From Azolla caroliniana (Eukaryota; Plantae; Polypodiophyta): a stretch of DNA of 10,982 bases. The notes beneath the pieces were generated by a model that saw only the letters and a program-made list of their open reading frames with translations, was not told the origin of the DNA and ran no database searches. The translations under genes and the position numbers were made by a program. The DNA is taken from NCBI GenBank assembly GCA_043228905.1, contig JBHGNT010001204.1, positions 1 to 10,982 of the forward strand. The letters are read 5' to 3'. Below are positions 1 to 8,029 of this stretch, piece after piece (position 1 is the first letter of the stretch; each line of letters opens with the position of its first letter).

Positions 1-452
1 AATAGTAAAGGAATAGTGCATATGGTGAACAAACGGATGTGTCTGGCATTTATTCATAAATGTGGTTTTCTTGATCGGAGAAGAATATAGTGCAAATGCA
101 ACATATGTGTGAAATGCTAGTCGCAATGTCTTTCCAAAGTTGTGAACATTGGCGTTGCATAAAAGCTTATTTGGTAAAGGAATTTATTGACACATCATGA
201 AACAAATGTGACACATCTTATCTCTTCTAAGACCAAAATTGGCCCGTGAGACAATTGGTTTAGGGTTTAGCCGTCAAGATGAGATGTATCATGGTGATTA
301 GGGATGGGTCAACAAGGCAAATTCTTTACCTTTCTCTGGTTAGTATATGTTAATTGTCACTCCTCAAAGTTACAAGCGAACAAACTATATGCCATTGTTT
401 TGGTCTCTTGGAAATTATGTATAGATCATGTTAACAAATACCAAAGGACGAA

Positions 453-469
453 TCTCTCTCTCTCTCTCT
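453..469. repeat. (TC)n microsatellite
   Basis: tctctctctctctctct. Confidence 0.9.
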
Positions 470-845
470 GCTTCATTATGATGGTTCTTATATGTTTGTG
501 GAGAGGATACTCAATTCTTCTACTAACTAGGTGGGGGGTGTCTCCTAACCTATATTTCTTCAATCCTCTTAAAGGCAATCTTTTTAGGGAAGCTCACTTG
601 TGTCATGTCTACTCTACATGGGCTCGAGTCTCGGCGCAGGTGGTACGTGGTCAAGGAACATTCGTTCGTTAAGGTCGACGATAATTACATGCTTCCTCCA
701 TGGGCTGCCCCACATAGCGAAGCTAAACATGGCCGCCGCCCCCCCACACGATGGATGTTCCACGAGACAAAGCAGATCCGAGTGATTTCGGTCCTCGACA
801 ATGAAAAGTGCGTGACATGGTGGAGACCCTAATCGGAAGATACAT

Positions 846-857
846 GGGGGGGGGGGG
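846..857. repeat. G12 homopolymer
   Basis: 12 consecutive G. Confidence 0.9.
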
Positions 858-918
858 TCTGTGTACCCCTGGGATCTCATATAACTAACTTATGTATAGA
901 TAAAGAAGCATACCAACA

Positions 919-946
919 CTAAAATTAGTTCTCTAAAATTAGTTCT
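919..946. repeat. Perfect 14-bp tandem duplication (ctaaaattagttct x2)
   Basis: 919-932 is identical to 933-946. Confidence 0.9.
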
Positions 947-1152
947 ATGTCTCTCTCCCATCAAAACCAATAATCTCTAGGCTAAGTTAAGTTAAAGTAG
1001 GTAGGCCATGTGAAGTGGTGCTTACTTAGCTGTTTCTTCCTTGATCTTCTCTAAGAATACACAACAGCAGTACTAGCGATGCAGCTGCAGAGCAGAGGTC
1101 GTTGCCAAGCCCCAGGCCATGGCCCCTCCTCTCTCAGCACCACCATGGCCCC

Positions 1153-1290
1153 ATGCATACCCTGAAACGGATACCTTCAAGCTTCTCATCCGTCTCCACT
1201 ACCCTCTCCTCTCACCATCCGAAGAGCTCAGGAAGATGCAAATGGGAGAGGTTTTTCGCTGGCAAACCAGGCTCTCTTCATATATCTGAA
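1153..1290 (+). other. Putative plastid/mitochondrial targeting peptide of the PPR protein
   Basis: MHTLKRIPSSFSSVSTTLSSHHPKSSGRCKW.. is Ser/Thr-rich, basic and free of acidic residues over the first ~30 aa. PLS PPRs are generally organelle-targeted. Confidence 0.55.
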
Positions 1291-4200
1291 CATGCTATTC
1301 AGCTTGAGATCATGTGCAAAGAAGGAAGCCTGGACATGGCCATGGAAACCTTGGAAAACATGGATAAGAGGAGGCTTTCACCTCTGCATCCTCATCATGT
1401 GTACATGCCTCTGATGGAGGCGTGCCGGAAACGAAAATCACTCCACCATATAAAATATCTTCATGCCCATCTGGTACATCACAATGTGGAAATAAGTGGT
1501 TTTCTCGGTGAATATCTGGTTTTAACATTGGTTAAATGTGGTGGGCTAGATGATGCAATTTGTGTGTTCGAACAGTTATCGCTTCACACTGTTCTCTCGT
1601 GGACGGCCGTGATTTCCGGCTATATAGATAGTGGCAAAGCTGTGGAAGCTTTTAAACTATTTAAATGCATGATAGAAAAAGAGGTCCAGCCAAATCAGTA
1701 TACTTATGTAAGCTTGATCAAGGCTTGTGGCACTATTGCTGATATTGAAAAGGGTAGAGAGCTACATAAGGATGTATGTGAGAAAGGGTTATCAAATGCT
1801 TTTATTGCAAGCGCCCTTGTGAGTATGTATGGAAAGTGTGGAAGCATTTATGACGCTGAGAATGTGTTTGGAGCGTTTTTTCAGCTTAATTCTGTATCTT
1901 GGAATGCCATGCTTTCCATATATGTCAACCAAGGTCAAAGTGAAAGGGCGCTGTTAATGTATAGGCAGATGCATTTTGAAGGTGTGAGTATGGATGGGCG
2001 GACATATGCAATTATTCTCCAAGCATGTGTGTGTCTTATAGATCAAAATAATACAGAGGAGAAACTAGGAAACATGGAGCTTTTAGACATTGTCATGTCT
2101 TTACATGCTGATGCTGAAAAGAAGGGCTTTGATTCTGTCATGTATGTGGGGAACAATCTTCTGAGAATATATGGGAAGTTTGGACGGCTTAGGGAAGCAG
2201 AAAATGTATTCAACGATTTATGTGATCGTAATGTTGTGTCTTGGAGTATCATAATCACAGCTTATGTTGATCACAACCGAGGAAAGAGTGCGTTACAGCT
2301 TTATAGGAAGATGCAGGATGAAGGACTACAGCCTGACGAATGGATGTTCGTAGTTGCTCTTAAAGCATGTGGAAATCTCTGTCAGAATGAGGAAAAAGCT
2401 AAGTTATTGTCATTAGAGATAGGCCAGGCAATACATTCTGATATCGAGAGAGAGGGTCATTCGTCTCAATTATTTGTTGCCAACACCCTCCTTAGTATGT
2501 ATAGTAAATGTGGAAGCATTGGAGAGGTAGAACTTGTGTTTGGTTCACTGAATGAGCAGAATCTTGTGACATGGAATGCAATGCTCTCAGCATACATTGA
2601 GCATGAACTAGGAGAAAATTGCTTACAGTTATATAGACAAATGCAAGAGGATAGGTTAAAGTTAGACCAATGGAGTTACAGCAGTGTGTTTCAAGCATGC
2701 TGCATCATTGCAGAGAAGGCAAGTGTTTTTGAAGGGAAGTCAATCAAAGTCTCATATAGAGATATTGTCCAAGGACTATACGTGGAGGTGCGGAGGGAAG
2801 GGTTTGTTGAAGATGCCTTTGTTTGTAGCATGCTCATAAGCATGTATAGCAAGCTCATGGAACTTCCGGAGCTAGAGTATATATTTGAGCGATTACCTAA
2901 GGATGATGTGAAAGTATGGAATGCAATGCTTGTAGCATATAATGAGCAAGAGAAGTATGAAAAGGCCTTGAAGCTGTATAGGAGGATGCAAGAGGCTGAT
3001 GTGCTTCCTGATCAACTGAGCTTTATGACTGCCTTTCAGTCTTGTTGTTTTCTTGCTGAGAAGGAAGAAGCCGTCAACATAGAGGGGATGCAGATGAAGA
3101 TAAGTGCATTGGAGATCATCAGAGCTTTACACCTTGATGCCAAGAAGAGAAATTTTCTCTCAGATACCTTCATTTTTAATAACCTTTTGAGTGCCTATGC
3201 AAAATGTGGAGCTGTTGCAGAAGCAGAGGCATTGTTTCATAGCTTACCACAATACAGCGTTATATCTTGGAACACCATGTTGTCAGCATATGTCGTTGAC
3301 GGTGAAGGTCAGACAGCTTTGCTCCTCTATAGACAATTGCATGTGGAAAATATGAATCCAAATGAGCTGACTTTTATAATGGCTCTGCAAGCATGTGCTC
3401 TCCTTGCTGTTGAAGAAGATAAATTTTCAGATGATATATTGAGGAAACAGATAACTTTAGACATTGGGCATGCATTACATGCAGATGCAATGAAGAAAAG
3501 CTTTACCTCTAAATGCTTTGTTGGTAACACAATTTTGAGTACATACTGCAAGTGCAGAAACATCCGTGATGCAGAGGATATATTTAGTAAACTATCTCAG
3601 CATGATGTTGTGTCGTGGAGTGTGCTGATGTCAGGTTATGTGGAAGTTGGACAAGGAACAAAGGCTTTGCAACTATACTCGTGGATGCAGAAGCAAAGCA
3701 TCAGTCCAGATGATAGAACCTTAATGTTTGCCCTCCGTGCATGTTGCTGCCTCATAGATGAGCATGAACCTCTAATTGAGGACAGTAAATTGAGTCTTAA
3801 AAGCATTCTAGAAATTGGGCATGCATTGCATGCTGATGCTGTGAGATCAGGCTTTGCATCAAATGTGTTTGTTGAGAACACCATATTGGGTATTTATGGC
3901 AAATGTAGAAGTGTTCATGAAGCAGAAAATGTGTTTAATAGGACATCCAAACATGTGGTCTCATGGAATGCCATGCTTTCAGCCTTGCTAGAGGTGAGAG
4001 AAGGTAAGAAGGCTCTATATCTGTACAAAGAGATGCACAAATGTTGTGTAAATCCAGATAAATGGACTCTTAATATTGTCCTTCAAGCCTGTGGGATTTC
4101 TTGGGATGAAGAAGCTGCCATTGATAATGAACTCAGTAAAGTAATGTTGGTAAAACTATGCTATTCACTTCATGTTGATTGTGTACATAAGGGATTAGCT

Positions 4201-5061
4201 GATGATTGCGTAGTTGGAAATACTATTGTTTGTACATATAGCAAGGTTGGGTGCATAAATGATGCACTAACTGTCTTGAATGGGTTGTCCCGAACCACGG
4301 TGTCCTCTTGGAATGCCTTACTTGCTGAATATGTTCACGAGGGTCAAGTTAACCAGGCGTTAGAGCTCTATAAGTATATGCGAAAGAAATGTCTACCATT
4401 AGATAAATTCACATGCGCTTGGGTTTTGCAAGCTTGCAGTGAATTGGGAAGCATAGAAGAATGCTGGCAACTACACTTCTTGATTGCTGCCTCAGAAACA
4501 GGAATGACTCCTCATTTAGCCACTTCCCTCATTCATGCATATGGAAGTTGTGCAAGCACAGCAGACTCACAAGGGATCTTTGATCTACTCCCTCAACCTG
4601 ATGTTTTTGTATATAGTGCATGCATTGCTGGTTATGCATTAGAAGGAGATTGTCATTCCAGCTGTTGTATTTTTGAGAGCATGCAACTTATTGATATTAG
4701 CCCTAATAGAGTTACGTTCCTCTCTCTAATTTGTGCCACCAATCATTCTGGTATCATTGATATGGGTATCATGTTCTTTAAATCTATGATGAAAATATAT
4801 TTCCTAACTCCAGACGTGAAACATTATGCCGCAATGATAGAGCTTTTAGGACGTGCAGGCGATTTTGCAAAGGTGAAGAAACTTCTAGAAGGTATGCCAA
4901 TGCGAGGAGATGTTGCGATTTGGTCCACATTGCTTGGTGCTTGCCTTACCCATGGTAATTTGGCATTGGGAAAACAAGCATTTGAACATGCGACATGTTC
5001 AGACCCAATGGATGTTGCTGCATATGTGCTAATGTCAAATTTGTATGCTGATGCAAATTGA
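1153..5061 (+). CDS. PLS-class pentatricopeptide repeat (PPR) protein, E-subgroup (truncated E2, no DYW); probable organellar RNA-editing specificity factor, single exon
   Basis: Uninterrupted ORF. The track starts it at TTG 1102; the first in-frame ATG is 1153 and an in-frame TGA lies at 1042. Regular P (VSWNAMLSAY..), L (TYVSLIKAC..) and S (FVANTLLSMYSKCG..) motifs, counted by eye as L-S plus 9 PLS triplets. These are followed by P2-L2-S2 (TFLSLICATNHSG, HYAAMIELLGRAG), E1 (AIWSTLLGACLTHG) and partial E2 (AAYVLMSNLYADAN*). Confidence 0.95.
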   Translation: MHTLKRIPSSFSSVSTTLSSHHPKSSGRCKWERFFAGKPGSLHISEHAIQLEIMCKEGSLDMAMETLENMDKRRLSPLHPHHVYMPLMEACRKRKSLHHIKYLHAHLVHHNVEISGFLGEYLVLTLVKCGGLDDAICVFEQLSLHTVLSWTAVISGYIDSGKAVEAFKLFKCMIEKEVQPNQYTYVSLIKACGTIADIEKGRELHKDVCEKGLSNAFIASALVSMYGKCGSIYDAENVFGAFFQLNSVSWNAMLSIYVNQGQSERALLMYRQMHFEGVSMDGRTYAIILQACVCLIDQNNTEEKLGNMELLDIVMSLHADAEKKGFDSVMYVGNNLLRIYGKFGRLREAENVFNDLCDRNVVSWSIIITAYVDHNRGKSALQLYRKMQDEGLQPDEWMFVVALKACGNLCQNEEKAKLLSLEIGQAIHSDIEREGHSSQLFVANTLLSMYSKCGSIGEVELVFGSLNEQNLVTWNAMLSAYIEHELGENCLQLYRQMQEDRLKLDQWSYSSVFQACCIIAEKASVFEGKSIKVSYRDIVQGLYVEVRREGFVEDAFVCSMLISMYSKLMELPELEYIFERLPKDDVKVWNAMLVAYNEQEKYEKALKLYRRMQEADVLPDQLSFMTAFQSCCFLAEKEEAVNIEGMQMKISALEIIRALHLDAKKRNFLSDTFIFNNLLSAYAKCGAVAEAEALFHSLPQYSVISWNTMLSAYVVDGEGQTALLLYRQLHVENMNPNELTFIMALQACALLAVEEDKFSDDILRKQITLDIGHALHADAMKKSFTSKCFVGNTILSTYCKCRNIRDAEDIFSKLSQHDVVSWSVLMSGYVEVGQGTKALQLYSWMQKQSISPDDRTLMFALRACCCLIDEHEPLIEDSKLSLKSILEIGHALHADAVRSGFASNVFVENTILGIYGKCRSVHEAENVFNRTSKHVVSWNAMLSALLEVREGKKALYLYKEMHKCCVNPDKWTLNIVLQACGISWDEEAAIDNELSKVMLVKLCYSLHVDCVHKGLADDCVVGNTIVCTYSKVGCINDALTVLNGLSRTTVSSWNALLAEYVHEGQVNQALELYKYMRKKCLPLDKFTCAWVLQACSELGSIEECWQLHFLIAASETGMTPHLATSLIHAYGSCASTADSQGIFDLLPQPDVFVYSACIAGYALEGDCHSSCCIFESMQLIDISPNRVTFLSLICATNHSGIIDMGIMFFKSMMKIYFLTPDVKHYAAMIELLGRAGDFAKVKKLLEGMPMRGDVAIWSTLLGACLTHGNLALGKQAFEHATCSDPMDVAAYVLMSNLYADAN

Positions 5062-5346
5062 AACTGTAGTTGTATGACAACTATTGACCGATGGAGAAAG
5101 TTGTATCTTTTCGTTGGATATTTTGGTTGTCATGGCCTGAATGGGCATGTAAATTTATGATGATTTCAGACTTAATTCAAGTGCTTGAAATTGTGCGTAC
5201 TTATTTTTGTCAAGTTGTGTTGGATCCACATTCTTGTAAGGTAAATTTCCTTGCTATGCCTGTCTATCTTTGTATGACTTCAAGTCAATGTCTTACAACA
5301 AAGAAAAACATAGGGTTATAAACATTGTTTTCAGTGTCCTAATGAA

Positions 5347-5352
5347 AATAAA
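5347..5352 (+). promoter_or_regulatory. Candidate polyadenylation near-upstream element (AATAAA) for the PPR gene
   Basis: AATAAA ~290 nt after the stop. Weak evidence in AT-rich DNA. Confidence 0.25.
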
Positions 5353-5815
5353 TCTTATAATTAGAGCCCAATGTTTTCTATGAGCTCTCTTTTACTCTTT
5401 GTGAGGATTGTATGCCTCCAACTTTAAGATTGGCCTGCAAGCCATGCTAATGTGTATGTAGGCTTAAAAAAGTCAATCTTATTGGAATGGTAAATTTCTA
5501 ACTTGGTTGTTAAATGTATTCTCTCAAACAAACCTCATAATATTATTATAGAGATGATTTAATTCATTGAGAAAAAAATATTAACTACACAAACCACATG
5601 AGATATTATAGAAATATAATGTTTCTACACACATGTTATGGCATATTCATTTATAATATTATGTTGCTACCAATTATCCAATTCTTCTATTCTTCATATC
5701 CTTCCAAACTTCCAAACATAAGCTCCACAACCTTATCAAAGTTGGTCTCATTTCATGTATGCCCACAAACATAAATAAATTACATTCCTGAGATTGAGAG
5801 AACGTGCATATTTTG

Positions 5816-5908
5816 GTTTTGAAATTTAATTGTGATCTTATTAATATTAGAAAATCAGTTTTGAAGTTTAAATTTGATATTATTCATCTTAGAAAATCCG
5901 TTTGAATT
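5816..5908. repeat. Degenerate 42-bp tandem repeat (2 copies plus a partial third)
   Basis: gttttgaaatttaattgtgatcttattaatattagaaaatca / gttttgaagtttaaatttgatattattcatcttagaaaatcc; 35/42 identical. Confidence 0.8.
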
Positions 5909-5945
5909 AGTACAAGTCGGTTTTATGGTTTCATTGATGGGTTAT

Positions 5946-5971
5946 ATCACTTTTTATCCATAAAAAGTGAT
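5946..5971. repeat. Perfect 12-bp inverted repeat with a 2-nt spacer
   Basis: atcactttttat-cc-ataaaaagtgat. Confidence 0.85.
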
Positions 5972-7803
5972 GCTTGGTTTGTTGTGGTGGGTGAAAGTAT
6001 GAAAGGAAATATGAAGCCAATATTGAAGCACACACACACAAGATGTTATGAAAGAGGATTTCCAATGATTAATCTTATAACTTAAGGATCAATTAGTATA
6101 AAGGGGTTATAATTTGGTGATTAATTAGCAACAAATACAAAATATTGAATTGCATTTGAAGTAGTAGTAGAAATGGTGTGAACTAGAAGAAAAAAGGAAA
6201 GAAAGAGGTAAGGCCAGAGGGCTGTACTGGGTTTTTATTTTGTTTGAGACGACGTCTTCAAATGAACACTCTCTTGCATTGAGTGGAGGTGTTCTTCATC
6301 CACTCTCTTGCTCCCTCTTTTGAAGTTTTACAATATTCTTTATCTCTCTATCTTGTTCTCTATCCTCCCCCACTCTCTCTATTTGGATTCGTTTCTTGAC
6401 CCTTCTATCATTGACACATACTTTACCAAGGAAGTATCAAACAATAAAATGCTCACTAACAAGCACGTATTACATATATATTATAATGTTATTTATTTCT
6501 AAATCATATGATATCAGCTATGGCTAAAAACTATATCCACCGTAGACTATAGACATGACTCATTATTGAGTTGATGACACATATATAATTATGTATTGAC
6601 CATTATCCTTAAAAATCATAGCATATGTTTTGGACACGCGTTTAAAAAAGCTACTTCTCCATGGACCAAGAACATATTTTCTCCCCATTCATGTTGACAA
6701 GTGTCATTTGAGCCCTAGACTCTTTCATCTAGAATTTACATGTCAAGTGATGTTTTTAGAGGCCCAAGAAGGGTGGATAACCGTCACATATTGTCATAGG
6801 CCTCCACGAACCTATTTCCATTCCCTCTTCTCATTCTCGTCACGAAATTACATAGTTCGTACAATCTTCTTGACATGCTCTTATGTTGTTCATGAATTTG
6901 AGCACCACATTGTTGTCCATCCAAATGACATGTAACATATTGTAAATTAGCTTAATCAAATCTAGTCTTCAATTGCATATTTTGCATAGAAATCATGTAG
7001 TGAGAGCATAATGTAAGTAAATGCTCTATTCAACTCTCTCATTCTAATAGGTATTAAGGTTCTATGTATTCCTCATTTAGTGCAGATCTATATTTAAGGC
7101 ATCCCTCTACTACCCTCACATTCAAAATCTTGAAAGAGGCCAACCATCGTAAAAGGGGACAACTTGAATATTTTCTTTATTGAGTAGTCTATACTCTAAA
7201 TATAAAGGTAAGCTACAATCCCAACCAATTTAAGTATAATCAAATTCTTATTGTGATGACAAGCACAAACATCAGGTAAATGCCATGTAGTGCAACATGT
7301 TCAACTCTAATAGAACATACACTGATATTGATTCTCAGTGCTCAGCTTGGCAAAATTAATATCTTTTTCTCTTTACACCACAGCACTTTACACTTTATCT
7401 TTTCTAGCATATATCAATATGTACTTGAACTTGCAATGATTTCCCTTCAGAGATTTACTACCTTTCTTTTAAGAAAACACAAAATTAAATTCCTCTCACT
7501 CCTTGATTTGCCTTCAATATTTCAGTGAGATTAAAGTGATACATACATAGTCACTTCATTTTCAAAAAAAACATTGAAAAGTGATGCCTTATATACTGAA
7601 AGTCATCATTGCCAAAGGATAAAACCTAATAATCCTTATCCAGAGGACCAACACAATGGAAAACAGTCCGACTGTTCTGCACATGTTTTGTTTGGAGATA
7701 TCATATTGAAATACTTTATGATAAATGTTCAAGTTCAAGTAAACACTAGCATATCGACTGACCAAAATATAGATCACTTATATTTGCAAAATGAGCCATA
7801 GTT

Positions 7804-7809
7804 TTTATT
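7804..7809 (-). promoter_or_regulatory. Candidate polyadenylation near-upstream element (AATAAA) for CYSTM
   Basis: TTTATT on the + strand, ~170 nt downstream of the stop. Weak evidence in AT-rich DNA. Confidence 0.3.
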
Positions 7810-7969
7810 GACTGTCTACAGGCAATGATTATTTTAAAATCAATGTAATAGATCAAACATAATACACACGGTTATATGTAGGTATCGTATAGGTTCTTTC
7901 TTTAGTAGTACTAAAACAGGACATTCCTCTAAAATGCACAATACCCCTCCAACACATAGTAGTTTGCTT

Positions 7970-7990
7970 GTTAACCGCAGTTAACCGCAG
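7970..7990. repeat. 10-bp tandem duplication spanning the CYSTM stop codon
   Basis: gttaaccgca gttaaccgca g. Confidence 0.9.
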
Positions 7991-8029
7991 CATTCCTCCA
8001 ACACGCAGCAGCAACAAAGTGCGGCTAAG
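7981..8029 (-). CDS. CYSTM: CYSTM coding exon 3 (C-LAALCCCCVLEECCG*)
   Basis: Acceptor aatatAG| ending at 8030; the phase-2 junction TG+C restores a Cys; TAA at 7983-7981. Confidence 0.92.

Noticed and set aside
1102-1152. ORF-track start of the PPR at 1102
   Set aside because: The codon is TTG; a nuclear plant gene more plausibly starts at ATG 1153.
1310-3884. Five short antisense/alternative ORFs within the PPR CDS
   Set aside because: Shadow ORFs of a long coding sequence with no recognisable motifs.
5091-5321. 76-aa ORF after the PPR stop as a detached E+/DYW piece
   Set aside because: No PG box, HxE, CxxC or DYW-like residues.
6218-6310. Possible miRNA locus (gggctgtact resembles part of the miR529 complement; small gagtgga/tccactc stem)
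   Set aside because: Only ~10 nt match and no extended fold-back.
6630-6940. Possible decayed TE coding fragment (101-aa + ORF; partly open minus frames)
   Set aside because: No RT, integrase or transposase motif recognisable by eye; BLASTX would be needed.
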